A stretch of DNA of 64,000 nucleotides from Planctomycetaceae bacterium (GCA_012729315.1 JAAYDI010000004.1:42239-106238); one strand, 5' to 3'. Shown: positions 30,187 through 41,698, numbered from the stretch's first letter. A program made the numbers and translations. The notes: generated by a model from the sequence alone, not told the origin.

Positions 30187-30379
30187 TGCCGCTCCGGAGG
30201 CCAGGGAGACGGGACGCGCGTTACGGCGCGCGTTGGCACTGCCGGGACCTGTTCACGTTGACACCCCCCCATTTGAGTCGCATTATTCATGGTGGTTGCC
30301 GGGGGCAGGCCAAGATCTGCCCTGCCGCAGCGAATGGCTGTCCAGTTTGTCACATCCAGGCAGCGAGGGGAAAGACGCC

Positions 30380-31009
30380 ATGTACTGGCTGTTCATGGTC
30401 TGTGCCGCGGTGGGAGGGACGGTGTTCGTGCTCCAGTTCGTGTTGGCGGTCATTGGTGCCGGCGCCGACGACATGGACTTCTCGCACCACGTGCCTCATG
30501 ACGTGCCACACGATTTCATGGGTGATGTGGCGGGTGATGCTGAGCACATGGGAGGGCACGGCGACGCCCACGGCTCGACGTGGTTGTTCGGTGTGATTTC
30601 GTTTCGCACGGTTGTAGCGGCTGTGACGTTTTTCGGGCTCGCGGGCCTGGCGTCGGACTCCGCCCACATGGGTGGACCGCTGACACTTCTGATTGCCGTG
30701 TGCGCTGGCGCGGCGGCGTTGTACGGCGTACATTTCCTCATGCAATCGCTGTATCGCTTGCGGCACGACGGTACCGCACAGATCCATCGGACACTGGGTG
30801 AACGCGCAACGGTCTATATTCCCATCCCTCCGAACAACGAGGGGCTGGGCAAGATCCAGATTCGGACGCAGGGACGGATCATGGAATACACGGCGCGGAC
30901 ACGCGGGCCCGACCGGCTGCGGACGGGCACGACCGTGGAGGTCGTCGAGATTGTCAATCCGATGACGGTTGAGGTGGAGCCCGTGGATGCGGGCGCCGGC
31001 GAAGGGTGA
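30380..31009 (+). CDS. NfeD-like membrane protein with His-rich loop
   Basis: GAGGGG Shine-Dalgarno. Two TM helices, a His-rich stretch (HHVPHDVPHD...HMGGHGDAHGS) and a C-terminal OB-like domain. Upstream of a flotillin, as in yqiJ-yqiK pairs. Confidence 0.6.
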   Translation: MYWLFMVCAAVGGTVFVLQFVLAVIGAGADDMDFSHHVPHDVPHDFMGDVAGDAEHMGGHGDAHGSTWLFGVISFRTVVAAVTFFGLAGLASDSAHMGGPLTLLIAVCAGAAALYGVHFLMQSLYRLRHDGTAQIHRTLGERATVYIPIPPNNEGLGKIQIRTQGRIMEYTARTRGPDRLRTGTTVEVVEIVNPMTVEVEPVDAGAGEG

Positions 31010-31193
31010 TCACCTCCAACGCGAAGGCCCGCGCGAGGACGTGGCGTGAATGCCACGGCACGCGAGGGGGGCCGGTGCCCGGACGTGACCCTGCTGCTGC
31101 GTGCAGGGAAGTGTAGAGAGACCCATGCGGTGGTCGTGTTGCGCGACAACACTGCTGATTCGAATCCAGTGCAAACACAGGGAGACACAGCCC

Positions 31194-32807
31194 ATGTCAC
31201 ATCTCACGCTGCTGGCCGCCGGTTTGGGCGGGCCGCTTGGCTGGTTGGTCATCATCGTTGTTTTCGTGGCGATGTTGTTTCTCGGTGTGCTGCTGCTGCT
31301 GACCAAGCAGTACAAGCGGTGCCCGAGCAACCGGATCCTGGTGATCTGGGGCCGTGGCAAGCGTGCCGGCCAGGCCACGAAGACCATCCACGCCGGGGCG
31401 CAGTTGGTGATTCCCTTGTTGGAGGACTACGCCTATCTGAGTCTGGAACCGGTCCAGATCGAGATTCCGTTGCGAGGTGCCTTGTCGGTCGAGAACATCC
31501 GCGTGAACGTGCCGAGCGTGTTCACCGTGGCGATCGGGACGGAGCCCGCTCTGATGCAGCAGGCGGCGATCCGCCTGTTGGGCCTGTCGGTCGGGGAGAT
31601 CCGCAAGCAGGCGGAGGAGATGATCTTCGGCCAGCTGCGTCAGGTGATCGCGTCGATGCGGATCGACGAAATCAACCGCGATCGCGATACTTTCCTGGAA
31701 CACATCCAGCGCTCGCTCGAACCGGAGCTGGCCAAGATCGGCCTGCAGCTGATCAACGTGAACATCACCGACATCACGGACGAGTCGGGGTACATCGATG
31801 CGATCGGCCAGAAAGCCGCGTCGGAAGCCATCCAGAAGGCGCGCGGCGACGTGGCGGACAACGAGAAGATGGGTGAGATTCGCGTGGCCACGGCCGAACG
31901 CGAGAAGACCGTCCAGGTGGCTGAAGCGCGCAAGGAGCAGGCCATCGGCGTCCGCAAGGCGGGCCGCGATCAGGCCATCCAGGTGGCCGATCTGGAGAAG
32001 CAGCAGGTGGTGGGCGAGCAGACGGCTGCGTTTTCCCGGGAAGCGCAGGTGAAGGCAGCCGAACGCGACATGCGCGTCCAGGTGGCCGAAGCCGATGCGT
32101 CTGCGATCCAGGGGGAGAACGTCGCGCAAGCGATGGTGGCCGCATCGCACGCGGAACTCCTGGTGAAGCGGGCGGAGGCATATCAGCTGGGTGAAGGGCG
32201 CAAGCGCGAGGCGGAAGCGGCCGTGCTCGAAGTCCAGAACCGCGCGATGGCCAAAGCCGCGCTGGCAGAGGCCGAACGTGTGGAAGCCGAGAAACGCGCG
32301 CAGCTCGAAGCGCCGGCCAAGGCTGAGAAGGCGCGGGTCATCGTCGATGCGGAGGCTGAAGCCGAACGCAAACGGATTGACGCGCGGGCCCAGGCCGACG
32401 CGATCTTCGCCAAGCTCGACGCGGAAGCCCGCGGCCAGTATGAGATCCTGGCCAAGAAGGGGGAAGGTCTGCGCGAAATCATCAGCGCCTGCGGCGGGTC
32501 GAAGGAGGCGTTCCAGATCCTGCTGCTCGAACACCTCGACAGCCTGGCCGAAGCGTCCTCACGCGCCATCTCGAACATCAAGTTCGACAAGATCGTCGTG
32601 TGGGAGAACGGTGGCAAGGACGGGAAAGGCAATGCCGCCGGATTCCTCAACAACATGGCCAATACCCTGCCTCCCATGCTCCAGGTGATGAAGGATATCG
32701 GCGGGGTGGAACTGCCCGAGTCGCTGGTCAAGATCACCGCTGCCGCCGACGACCCGCCGACCGCCGCGGCGTCCGGGGACAACGGGCCGGCGACCGCTGC
32801 GAAGTAG
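31194..32807 (+). CDS. flotillin / SPFH (band 7) family protein
   Basis: N-terminal TM helix, an SPFH domain, then a long Ala/Glu-rich coiled coil (EAE/KRA repeats). Confidence 0.85.
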   Translation: MSHLTLLAAGLGGPLGWLVIIVVFVAMLFLGVLLLLTKQYKRCPSNRILVIWGRGKRAGQATKTIHAGAQLVIPLLEDYAYLSLEPVQIEIPLRGALSVENIRVNVPSVFTVAIGTEPALMQQAAIRLLGLSVGEIRKQAEEMIFGQLRQVIASMRIDEINRDRDTFLEHIQRSLEPELAKIGLQLINVNITDITDESGYIDAIGQKAASEAIQKARGDVADNEKMGEIRVATAEREKTVQVAEARKEQAIGVRKAGRDQAIQVADLEKQQVVGEQTAAFSREAQVKAAERDMRVQVAEADASAIQGENVAQAMVAASHAELLVKRAEAYQLGEGRKREAEAAVLEVQNRAMAKAALAEAERVEAEKRAQLEAPAKAEKARVIVDAEAEAERKRIDARAQADAIFAKLDAEARGQYEILAKKGEGLREIISACGGSKEAFQILLLEHLDSLAEASSRAISNIKFDKIVVWENGGKDGKGNAAGFLNNMANTLPPMLQVMKDIGGVELPESLVKITAAADDPPTAAASGDNGPATAAK

Positions 32808-32881
32808 CCGCCCGCGTCACCTGCCGGGAACGCGATGCATCTCCTGCGGCGGGAGGCGGTCAATGATGTTCCGGGGGGTCT

Positions 32882-33778
32882 TCAGTCAATGATCTTGTTG
32901 ATGGCGTACTCGACGATCCCCCGCGCGCCGGCCGCCCGCAGCTGCGGGGCGACGGTCCGCACGAGCGCTTGCTCGACAATCGTGTTGACGTCCAGCCACT
33001 CGGGGTCGGACAGCGATGAGATCGTGGGGTTCTGCAGGGCGGGCAGCAGCTTCAGGACGTCATCCAGGTTGTCGCGGTGCACATTCATCATCAGGCCGAC
33101 ACGCCCTTCCGCGTTGAGGCAGGACTTGAGCATCAGGGAGATGTTCTCCAGCTTGGCGCGTTTCCAGGTGTCAGCGTGTGCCAGCTTGTTGGCGATCAGC
33201 CGGGGAGTGCTCTGCAGGATCTCCGCCACGATCCGCAGGTTGTTGGCCCGCAGGGAACTCCCGGTCTCGGTGACTTCCACAATGGCGTCGGCCAGGCGCG
33301 GCGGCTTGACCTCTGTAGCGCCCCAGGAGAATTCCACGCGCGCCGTGACGCCATGCTCGGCGAGGAACCGGGTGGCCAGCCCGACCGCCTCGGTCGCGAT
33401 CCGCTTGCCCTCCAGGTCCGCGACCGTCCGCACCGGGGAGTCTTCCGGCACGCACAGCACCCAGCGGACCGGCCGCCGGCTGACCTTCGAGAAGGTCAGT
33501 TCACAGACCTCAACCACCTGGGCGTTGCTCTCCAGGACCCAGTCGTGCCCGGTGATGCCTGCGTCGAGGATCCCCTGCTCCACATACCGCGCCATTTCCT
33601 GGGCGCGGACCAGCAGGCACTCGATTTCTGCATCGTCGATCGACGGATAGTAGGAGCGTGACGAGATGATGATGTGATACCCGGCCCGCTCGAACAATTC
33701 GATCGTGGCGTTCTGCAGACTACCGGCGGGAATGCCGAACTTGAGCGTGTTGTGTGACTTGAGCGTATTATGTGACAT
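32882..33778 (-). CDS. hisG: ATP phosphoribosyltransferase, long form
   Basis: HisG catalytic core (GITGHDW...) plus a C-terminal regulatory domain. The N-terminus reads [13 protein letters not shown], a duplicated hexapeptide. Confidence 0.9.
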   Translation of the reverse strand: MSHNTLKSHNTLKFGIPAGSLQNATIELFERAGYHIIISSRSYYPSIDDAEIECLLVRAQEMARYVEQGILDAGITGHDWVLESNAQVVEVCELTFSKVSRRPVRWVLCVPEDSPVRTVADLEGKRIATEAVGLATRFLAEHGVTARVEFSWGATEVKPPRLADAIVEVTETGSSLRANNLRIVAEILQSTPRLIANKLAHADTWKRAKLENISLMLKSCLNAEGRVGLMMNVHRDNLDDVLKLLPALQNPTISSLSDPEWLDVNTIVEQALVRTVAPQLRAAGARGIVEYAINKIID

Positions 33779-33851
33779 GGTTGTGTACTCGCTTGCCCCG
33801 TGATGCGGCGGGCTGCGGCACTGCCCGCCATGGTCTCCGATCCGGCGCGGT

Positions 33852-34247
33852 TCAGCTCGGCCGCTTGTAGACCTGGGCCGGATCAAACACGCGCTGGCCC
33901 ACCGTGACCACCTCGAGCGTCTCGGGCATCAGGCGGCGGAAGAAGCAGCTGCGGTATCCTTCGTGGCAGGCTGCGCCACCGATCTGGCGGACCTTGATCA
34001 GGAGCGTATCGGCGTCGCAGTCGAAGTAGATCTCGCAGACCTCCTGGAAGTTGCCGCTTTCCTCCCCCTTGCGCCACAGCTTGCTGCGACTGCGGCTGAA
34101 GTAGCAGACGCGCCCGGTGCGGAGCGTTTCGGCGAAGGCCTCGCGGTTCATGTAGGCCAGCATCAGCACGTCCCCCGTTGCGATGTCCTGCGCGATAACG
34201 GGGACGAGTTCACACTTGTCAAAATCGGGGCCGTTCACAACGATCAA
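33852..34247 (-). CDS. hisI: phosphoribosyl-AMP cyclohydrolase
   Basis: HisI motifs: VIAQD, a metal-binding Cys cluster, and SRSR..LW.KGE.SG. Confidence 0.85.
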   Translation of the reverse strand: MIVVNGPDFDKCELVPVIAQDIATGDVLMLAYMNREAFAETLRTGRVCYFSRSRSKLWRKGEESGNFQEVCEIYFDCDADTLLIKVRQIGGAACHEGYRSCFFRRLMPETLEVVTVGQRVFDPAQVYKRPS

Positions 34248-34446
34248 TGCTCCAGCTTGAGGAAACGGGCGAGATGAGTTTCTACAGTAGCATGGGCCCC
34301 GAGGGCCTGCCAGTGACCGGTGGTGCCCCGCTCGTGCGGCGGCGCGCGGGGGGATTGTTGCCCGACATGGCGCCGGCTAAGATGCACGCTGCGGCGGTTC
34401 GCGAGAAATCCGAGGCAGAGGGGATTCCGAGGCAGGCGCCCGAGAG

Positions 34447-35106
34447 ATGCTGGATATCGACGCGCTACACTTGAGCATCGCCCTGGGACCGCTGGCGGTG
34501 TACTTCCTGCTGCTGGGGTTCGTCAACCTCTCCACCCGCCCCTTTGTGACGACCGGCGCGCGGGACGTGGGCGCGCTGGGACTGGCCATCTCGGGACTGA
34601 TCGTCGCCGGCCCCATGGAGCTGTTCCTGCCCGAGGCGGCCACCAACCGCTTCGGCGGGTACGTCTGGCTGCTGCTGCTGACCTTCTACGGGTTGTGCCT
34701 CACCCTCATCGTCCTGACGCTGCGCCCGCGCCTGGTGATCTACAATGTCAACCCGGATCAGCTGCGCGCGGTGCTCGCCGAAGTCGTGGCGGAGTTGGAC
34801 AGCGAGGCCCGCTGGGCGGGGGACAGCCTGGTCTTGCCGAAGCTGGACGTGCAGCTGCATGTAGAGCTGTGGCCGGCCGTGCACAACGTGCAGCTCGTGG
34901 CGGCCGGGTCGCGCCAGAACTATGTCAGCTGGAAACGCCTGGAAATGGCGCTGGCCAAAGTGCTGCATCAGACCGCCGCGTCCCCCAATCCGCACGGCTT
35001 CGGGATGCTGGCGCTGGGCGTGGTGCTTATCGGCCTGTTGACCTATTGCATGATCAGCGACCCGACGACCGTGGAACAGGGGCTGGCCGAGATGCTGCGA
35101 TACTGA
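34447..35106 (+). CDS. hypothetical membrane protein
   Basis: About 4 predicted TM helices. No motif recognised. Confidence 0.45.
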   Translation: MLDIDALHLSIALGPLAVYFLLLGFVNLSTRPFVTTGARDVGALGLAISGLIVAGPMELFLPEAATNRFGGYVWLLLLTFYGLCLTLIVLTLRPRLVIYNVNPDQLRAVLAEVVAELDSEARWAGDSLVLPKLDVQLHVELWPAVHNVQLVAAGSRQNYVSWKRLEMALAKVLHQTAASPNPHGFGMLALGVVLIGLLTYCMISDPTTVEQGLAEMLRY

Positions 35107-35293
35107 TTCCAGGGCCCGGCCGGTCCGGCACGCGCCGGGGTCGCGCCGCGGGACGTGGCCGTTTTGTGTGGGTTGCCGCGCAGCCAAGGATGGGCTACGA
35201 TTGCCTAAGTTATGTGCTGTTGTTGTGTTGCGCCGGCCGGTCGTTGCCCCGTGGCGGGCGCATCACGCGGAGCTCATGCCGGTCTGGTGAGGG

Positions 35294-35321
35294 TACAATT
35301 GCCCTTGCAAGCTCGGGCGCG
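35294..35321 (+). promoter_or_regulatory. sigma-70-like promoter for tRNA-Gly (TTGCAA-N16-TATAAT)
   Basis: TTGCAA at 35294-35299 and TATAAT at 35316-35321, about 65 nt upstream of the tRNA 5' end. Confidence 0.35.
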
Positions 35322-35387
35322 GGCTCTATAATCCGGTTTTCCGTAAGTTCGCGCCCGGACCTGGGCTCGCGAACGGCGAGATTTGAC

Positions 35388-35460
35388 GCGGGTGTAGCTC
35401 AGTTGGCAGAGCACAACGTTGCCAACGTTGTTGTCGTGGGTTCGAATCCCATCACCCGCT
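35388..35460 (+). tRNA. tRNA-Gly (anticodon GCC)
   Basis: Cloverleaf folded by hand. Acceptor stem GCGGGTG/CACCCGC, D-arm GCTCAGTTGGCAGAGC, anticodon loop TTGCCAA, T-arm GGTTCGAATCC. The 3' CCA is not encoded. Confidence 0.9.
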
Positions 35461-35524
35461 CTTCAATCACTTTCTGGCGAGCTTCCAGGCAAGCTCCGTC
35501 GGCTGGCTCTTACGGCGCACTTTG

Positions 35525-37021
35525 ATGAGTTCCAAAGACACTGATCCCAACGCAGAACGAGAGTCGGCTGAGGCGAAAGAGAAGCCCAAGTTGACGCTGG
35601 AAGTCAAGATCGACAAGCCTGGGGCATGCCAGCGGCACGTCACCGTGACGGTGGCCCGGGAGGATGTCGAGCGGTATCTGACCGAGGCGTTCGACGAATT
35701 GAAGCCGAAAGCGGAAGTGCCCGGTTTCCGTCCAGGTCGCGCCCCGCGCAAGCTGGTAGAGTCCCGGTTCCGGGATCAGGTCAACGATCAGGTGAAGGGT
35801 TCGCTCCTGATGGACTCGTTGAGCCAGGTGAGCGACGAGTACGAGTTTTCTGCGATCAGCGAGCCGGACTTCGATCTCGACGCGGTGTCGATCCCCGAGG
35901 ATGGGCCGTTCACCTTCGAGTTCGACGTGGAAGTGCGTCCGGAGTTTGAGGTGCCGGCCTGGGACGGCCTGCAGCTGGAGCGTCCGATACGGGAATACAC
36001 TGACGAGGATGTGGAGCGGTATCTGAACAGGCTGCTCGAGCGGTACGGCAAGCTGGTGCCGCGCGACGGGGGGGCCGAGCCTAAAGACGTACTCACCGTC
36101 GACATCGAGGTCATGCACGACGGCGAGGTGATCGCGGCGCATCCGGACGTGCGGATCACGCTACAGCCCAATCTCAGTCTGCGCGATGCGACAATCAATG
36201 GTATCGACAAGCTGCTGGCCGGTGCGACCCACGGCGACACGCGGGAAACCCAGGTGACGATCAGCGAGGGCGCGGAGCACGAGGCGATGCGTGGCCAGGA
36301 GGTCACGGTCCGGTTCGAGATCGAGGAAGTCCGGCAGGTGGAGCTGCCCAAGCTCACCCCGACGTTTCTGGATTCGATTGGCGGCTTCGAGGACGAAGAC
36401 GAGCTGCGTGAGGCGGTGCGCCATGAGATGGAGCGGCAGGCGGGGTTTGCCCAGCAGCAGCACATGCGGAAGCAGATCACCGCTGCGCTGCTGCGTGGCG
36501 CGGATTGGGAACTCCCCCCGGCGCTGGTGCGCCGGCAGGTAAAACGCGAGCTCGAACGGATGGTGCTGGAACTGCAGTCCGCCGGCTTCTCGGTGGAGAT
36601 GATCCAGAAACACGCCAACGAGATCCGCCAGAACAGCGTGCGGTCCACCGAAGTTGCACTCAAAGAACACTTCATACTCGAGCGGATCGCTGAAGACCGG
36701 GAGATTGACGCCGAGCCGGCCGACTACGACGCGGAGGTCATGTTGATTGCCGAACAGACGGGTGATTCGGCCCGGCGCGTGCGGTCCCGCCTGGAGAAAC
36801 GCGGCCAGATGGATGCGCTGCGAAACCAGATCATCGAACGCAAGGTGATCGAACTGATCTGCTCCCAGGCCCATTTCACCGACGTTCCGCTCCCCAAGAC
36901 AGCGGACGATACCTGTGCGGTGGATCTGGCACTGGCGGGTGGCCACGACGCGTCCGAAATTCCCGAGGCCAAGCATGGAGGTGAAGCCGAGGAACTGCGT
37001 GAGCCGATCGACCGTCCTTGA
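35525..37021 (+). CDS. tig: trigger factor
   Basis: N-terminal ribosome-binding domain, a PPIase-like middle domain and a C-terminal domain. Lies upstream of clpP, the canonical tig-clpP order. Confidence 0.9.
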   Translation: MSSKDTDPNAERESAEAKEKPKLTLEVKIDKPGACQRHVTVTVAREDVERYLTEAFDELKPKAEVPGFRPGRAPRKLVESRFRDQVNDQVKGSLLMDSLSQVSDEYEFSAISEPDFDLDAVSIPEDGPFTFEFDVEVRPEFEVPAWDGLQLERPIREYTDEDVERYLNRLLERYGKLVPRDGGAEPKDVLTVDIEVMHDGEVIAAHPDVRITLQPNLSLRDATINGIDKLLAGATHGDTRETQVTISEGAEHEAMRGQEVTVRFEIEEVRQVELPKLTPTFLDSIGGFEDEDELREAVRHEMERQAGFAQQQHMRKQITAALLRGADWELPPALVRRQVKRELERMVLELQSAGFSVEMIQKHANEIRQNSVRSTEVALKEHFILERIAEDREIDAEPADYDAEVMLIAEQTGDSARRVRSRLEKRGQMDALRNQIIERKVIELICSQAHFTDVPLPKTADDTCAVDLALAGGHDASEIPEAKHGGEAEELREPIDRP

Positions 37022-37076
37022 GGGCTGTTCTTGCCCGATTGACGCCTGTGCATCGAGTGCCGGAGGATCTGCTGGC

Positions 37077-37712
37077 ATGAGCCAACCGTTACCTGCTCCG
37101 ATTGTGAATTCGTACTCCTACCAGTCGTACCAGCGGCAGCGGCAGCTGACGTTGGGTGACCTGCTGCTGGAGAACCGGATCGTGTTCCTCCAGGGGGAGA
37201 TCTATACGGCGAACGCTAACGACGTCGTCATGAAACTGCTCTATCTGCAGAGCGAGAATCGCCGCAAGGATATTCACTTCTACCTGAACTCGCCCGGTGG
37301 GGACGTCGTGTCGACCCTGGCCATCTACGATACGATGCAGATCCTGAGCTGCCCGGTGGCGACCTACTGCGTGGGGCAGGCGGCCAGCGGTGCGGCCGTG
37401 CTGCTGACCGGGGGCACCAAAGGCAAACGCTTCGCGCTGCCACACGCGCGGGTCATGTTGCACCAGCCCTACGGCGGCGTCGGGGGCCAGGTGAGCGACA
37501 TTGAGATCCAGGCCAACGAGATTCTGCGCAATCGGCAGATGCTCAACGAGATCCTGGCCTACCATTCGGGCCAGGACATTGAGCGGATTGCCAAAGATAC
37601 TGATCGGGATTTCTTCCTCACTGCAGAGGACGCCAAGGATTACGGCCTGGTGGATGAGATTCTCCAGAAGCCGCCCGTCGAGGCCGAAGCTCAGGACGAC
37701 AAGAAGAAGTGA
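37077..37712 (+). CDS. clpP: ATP-dependent Clp protease proteolytic subunit (paralog 1)
   Basis: Catalytic triad context: Ser in GQAAS, His in MLHQP, and Asp. Confidence 0.9.
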   Translation: MSQPLPAPIVNSYSYQSYQRQRQLTLGDLLLENRIVFLQGEIYTANANDVVMKLLYLQSENRRKDIHFYLNSPGGDVVSTLAIYDTMQILSCPVATYCVGQAASGAAVLLTGGTKGKRFALPHARVMLHQPYGGVGGQVSDIEIQANEILRNRQMLNEILAYHSGQDIERIAKDTDRDFFLTAEDAKDYGLVDEILQKPPVEAEAQDDKKK

Positions 37713-37747
37713 TCCGCGACGTTTGTACCAGGGAGCGACAGCCAGCC

Positions 37748-38350
37748 ATGACACTCATTCCGTATGTTGTCGAAAAGAGCGGCCGCGAGGAGCGGGTCTA
37801 CGACATCTACAGCCGGCTGCTGAAAGACCGCATCGTGTTCCTGGGGACCGGGATCAGCGACGAGGTGGCGAATTCCATCGTCGCGCAGATGCTCTACCTG
37901 CAGTCTGAGGACTCCAAGTCGGACATTCACTTCTACATCAATTCGCCGGGTGGCAGCGTCAGCGCCGGGCTGGCCATCTACGACACGATGCAGTTCGTCA
38001 ACTGCGATGTGGCCACCTACTGCATCGGACAGGCCGCCTCCATGGGAGCGGTGCTGCTGACAGCCGGCACGCAGGGCAAACGTTTTGCACTCCCCAATGC
38101 CCGGATCATGATCCATCAGCCACTGGCGGGCATGCAGGGCAGTGCGGAAGAGATCATGATTCACGCGAAGGAGTTCCGGCGGATCAAGGACCGCATGAAT
38201 GAAATCCTCATCCGCCACACCGGGCATGCACTGGAGAAGATCGAGAAGGATACCGATCGCGACTGTTTCATGACCGCGGAAGAGGCGTGTGAATACCGTT
38301 TGATCGACAAAGTAGTGACGCAGATGGAGAAGGCGCCGCTCGAGTCTTGA
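37748..38350 (+). CDS. clpP: ATP-dependent Clp protease proteolytic subunit (paralog 2)
   Basis: IPYVVE...[27 protein letters not shown] and MIHQP. clpX does not follow. Confidence 0.9.
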   Translation: MTLIPYVVEKSGREERVYDIYSRLLKDRIVFLGTGISDEVANSIVAQMLYLQSEDSKSDIHFYINSPGGSVSAGLAIYDTMQFVNCDVATYCIGQAASMGAVLLTAGTQGKRFALPNARIMIHQPLAGMQGSAEEIMIHAKEFRRIKDRMNEILIRHTGHALEKIEKDTDRDCFMTAEEACEYRLIDKVVTQMEKAPLES

Positions 38351-38534
38351 TACGCGGGCTTGCGTGCGAGCGCCTCGCACCTGTTCGTTCCAGGTATCGG
38401 TTCAAGGAAGAACTCGTTCGCCATGCCGGGTTGTGCGTCCCCCTGTGAGCTCCCCGGGGGGGTGCCCCCGTGTGCGAGACCCTCTGCCGCCGGGGTCGCG
38501 CGGCGACAAGGATGTGACTGCGCGTGAGGATGCC

Positions 38535-39221
38535 ATGAGCATGCGTCTCCTGCTGACTGCCACCTTGGCCCTGTCGCTGCTGGGCGGATGCCGGCACGAT
38601 CCACATCTGCAACTCTATATCGACAACGTCAACGCTGAGAAACGGCTCCTGGAGGACACGCTCTACGACCTGCAGTACGACTACGAGTGCAAGATTCAGG
38701 AAGTCGACAAGCTCCGCAGCGAACTGCGTCAGGTTAAGTCGGGAGACGCCCCAGCGGGGACAGGCCGCAAGCCCGTCCCGCCGTCCTCCCTTGGTGAGAA
38801 ACTGCTGCGGGACATTCCCGAGCTGGAGCCGCCGACGGTCGAACCGGGCATACCGACCTCTCCCACCGCTCCGGATACGCAGCCCCCGCAGAAACCCGAC
38901 GACCTGGACGACTTGGACGACCTCGAGCCACCTGTGCTGGATCTGGGTGAGGAGGAGTCCGATGTGTCAAACGTTCCCCAGCCCGCGCTGGAACAGGCCC
39001 AGTCCGGCCCGCGGCCTGCCGCCGGGCGTACCGGCAAGGTGGCCACGCGCTGGACACCCCGCGCTGAACGCCCCCAGGAACCTCCGGCCTCACGGCTCCG
39101 CGTAGCCGACCGCCCGGATCCCTCCAGCGCCCAACCGATGGCGTCCGAGGCTGCCCCTGCCGCTGGGGCCGGGCCGGCGACTCAGCAGGCTCAGCGCCCC
39201 CAATGGCGTCCGTACCGGTGA
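38535..39221 (+). CDS. Pro/Asp-rich lipoprotein, hypothetical
   Basis: Lipobox LALSLLGGC, a short coiled coil, then a low-complexity P/D/E-rich region including DDLDDLDDLEPP. Confidence 0.5.
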   Translation: MSMRLLLTATLALSLLGGCRHDPHLQLYIDNVNAEKRLLEDTLYDLQYDYECKIQEVDKLRSELRQVKSGDAPAGTGRKPVPPSSLGEKLLRDIPELEPPTVEPGIPTSPTAPDTQPPQKPDDLDDLDDLEPPVLDLGEEESDVSNVPQPALEQAQSGPRPAAGRTGKVATRWTPRAERPQEPPASRLRVADRPDPSSAQPMASEAAPAAGAGPATQQAQRPQWRPYR

Positions 39222-39290
39222 GCGAACCGTGTGGGGCACGCCTGCCGGCCTGCATTGCACATCTGGCCGTGCGCTACTATCCTGGTCGTC

Positions 39291-40136
39291 ATGACCAACA
39301 CACCCTGCTCCGCCGCACGCACCCCTGCCGCGGTGGAAATCATCTCGCCCGACTTTCCGCGCGGTGACTTCCGCGCGGCCATCTTCGACTTCGACGGCAC
39401 AATCTCCCTGCTCCGCCGCAACTGGCAGGATGTGATGATCCCCATGATGGTGGAGATCCTGCAGGACACCGGCACCCGCGAGACGCGCGCGGACCTGTTC
39501 CGGCACGTCGAAGAATACGTGATGCGACTCAACGGCAAGCAGACGATCTACCAGATGATGCAGCTGGCCGAGGAGGTGCGGGCCCGGGGCGGCACGCCGC
39601 GCGAGCCTCTGGAGTACAAGCACCAGTACCACGACCTGCTGTGGCAGCAGGTGGGAGATCGCGTGGAAGGTGTCCGGTGCGGACGCATCGCGCGCGAGGT
39701 GATGACCGTACCCGGCGCGGAGGAGATGCTGCAGGCGCTCTGCAGCCGCGGGCTGGAACTGTACCTCGCCTCGGGCACCGATCTGAAGTACGTGCAGGAT
39801 GAACTGCAGGTGCTGGGGCTGGATCGGTACTTCGGCCCGCGCGTCTACGGTGCGCTGGACGACTACAGGAAGTTCTCCAAGGCCATGATCATCGCCCGCA
39901 TCATCTCGGACACCGGCGTTCAGGGGCGCCAGATCCTGGGAATGGGTGATGGGTTCGTCGAGATTGAGGAACTCAAGAAGGTCGGTGGACTGGCCATCGG
40001 CGTGGCCAGTAACGAAGAGACCCGTACCGGGGTGAACGACTGGAAGCGCAACCGCCTGATCCGCGCCGGTGCGGACATCATCATCGGCGACTATCTGTGC
40101 CGACCGGAGTTGCTGGAGCTGGTGGGACTTGCCTGA
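39291..40136 (+). CDS. HAD-superfamily hydrolase
   Basis: Motif I (FDFDGT), and motif IV GDG near the C-terminus. Confidence 0.75.
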   Translation: MTNTPCSAARTPAAVEIISPDFPRGDFRAAIFDFDGTISLLRRNWQDVMIPMMVEILQDTGTRETRADLFRHVEEYVMRLNGKQTIYQMMQLAEEVRARGGTPREPLEYKHQYHDLLWQQVGDRVEGVRCGRIAREVMTVPGAEEMLQALCSRGLELYLASGTDLKYVQDELQVLGLDRYFGPRVYGALDDYRKFSKAMIIARIISDTGVQGRQILGMGDGFVEIEELKKVGGLAIGVASNEETRTGVNDWKRNRLIRAGADIIIGDYLCRPELLELVGLA

Positions 40137-40324
40137 TGCCGGCCGGCCGACCTCCTGCCCGCCGCTGCCCCACCCCTGCTTTGAATCGGCGCGCCGATCG
40201 ATCAAGATAGTGGCTGGATCGAACAACTGCCGGGGCGTACTTCCGGATGCCGGGTATGTTACCGTCCGGGAAGGCCGTTCGATACGCACAACACGTGTTC
40301 CGCATGCTGAGAAAGGGCTGATTC

Positions 40325-41698
40325 ATGGTCGCGAAAGATCGAGTCGCGAAAGATCGGATTCCGCGGGCTTCCACTTCCCGACGGGGTTTTCTGAAGCGTA
40401 CCGGTGGCGCACTGGCCGGTGCCGCGCTGCTGCAGGCCATCAGCGTGCGCAGCTATGCTGCCGAGGACAACACGATCAACATTGCGCTCATCGGCTGCGG
40501 GGGGCGCGGCACCGGTGCGGCGGACAATGCCCTCTCGACCGCCGGTCCGGTCAAGTTGGTGGCGATGGCCGATGTGCTGGCCGACCGCTTGGACTCGAGT
40601 TACCAGGCGCTGGCCGGCAAGTTCGGAGACAAGGTCGATGTGCCCAAGGAGCGGCAGTTTGTCGGTATGGACGGGTTCCAGAAGGCGATCGCCGCCATCG
40701 CCCCCGGAGGGGTTGCCCTGCTCGCAACGCCGCCCGCGTTTCGGCCGATCCATTTCGAGCAGGCGGTGAAAGCCGATTGCCACGTGTTCATGGAAAAGTC
40801 GTTTGCGGTCGACGCGCCCGGCGTCCGACGCGTACTGGCCACCGGTGAGGAAGCCACCAGGCGGAACCTCAAGGTTGCCGGCGGTCTGATGAGCCGGCAC
40901 TACAAACCGCTCGAGGAGATTGTCGATCAGATCCACCAGGGGGCCATCGGCGACGTCATCACATGCTGGGCGTACCGCGTGCACGGTCCTGTCGGCTATA
41001 CGCCGAAAGCGCCGGGACAAAGCGAACTGGAACATCAGATCCGCAACTACTCCTGCTACACCTGGCTCAACGGCAGCTTCATCCTGGACTGGTTGATCCA
41101 CAACCTGGATGTCTGCTGCTGGGTCAAGGATCGCTGGCCCGTGCAGGCACGCGGCCAGGGCGGCCGGCAGGTGCGCGACTCGCTGGGGATGAAAGACCAG
41201 CTGTTCGATCACTATGCCGTGGAGTACGAGTTTGATGATGGCACGCGGCTCTTCGCCCAAGGTAGCCACATCGCGAACTGCTGGGGCTTCTTCGGCGACG
41301 TGATTCACGGTGCCAAGGGGTCCGGCATCCTGGGCGAAGGCCAGCCCGAGCCGAAACTCTACCGGGGGTTCAAGCAGGACCCGGCCGCCGTGCTCTGGCA
41401 GTTCCAGGGGACGCCGCTCAATCAGTACCAGGTGGAACACGACCTGTTGTTCGACGCCATCCGCAAGGATCTGCCGTACAACGAGACGCAGCGGTGCGCA
41501 TATGCGGCCATGACCGGCATCCTCGGACGCATGGCGGCCGAAACCGGACAGCTCATCACGTGGGACGAGGCCCTGGCGTCCAATCTGGAACTGGCCCCCG
41601 GCCTCGAACAGTTCACCATGGACTCCGCACCGCCGGTCGCGCCCGACGCGAACGGCAATTACCCCGTCGCGATGCCCGGCGTCACCGTGGACTACTGA
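40325..41698 (+). CDS. Tat-exported Gfo/Idh/MocA family oxidoreductase
   Basis: Twin-arginine signal (SRRGFLKRTGGALAGAALL) and a GCGGRG Rossmann motif. The N-terminus has a duplicated KDRVAKDR. Confidence 0.85.
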   Translation: MVAKDRVAKDRIPRASTSRRGFLKRTGGALAGAALLQAISVRSYAAEDNTINIALIGCGGRGTGAADNALSTAGPVKLVAMADVLADRLDSSYQALAGKFGDKVDVPKERQFVGMDGFQKAIAAIAPGGVALLATPPAFRPIHFEQAVKADCHVFMEKSFAVDAPGVRRVLATGEEATRRNLKVAGGLMSRHYKPLEEIVDQIHQGAIGDVITCWAYRVHGPVGYTPKAPGQSELEHQIRNYSCYTWLNGSFILDWLIHNLDVCCWVKDRWPVQARGQGGRQVRDSLGMKDQLFDHYAVEYEFDDGTRLFAQGSHIANCWGFFGDVIHGAKGSGILGEGQPEPKLYRGFKQDPAAVLWQFQGTPLNQYQVEHDLLFDAIRKDLPYNETQRCAYAAMTGILGRMAAETGQLITWDEALASNLELAPGLEQFTMDSAPPVAPDANGNYPVAMPGVTVDY

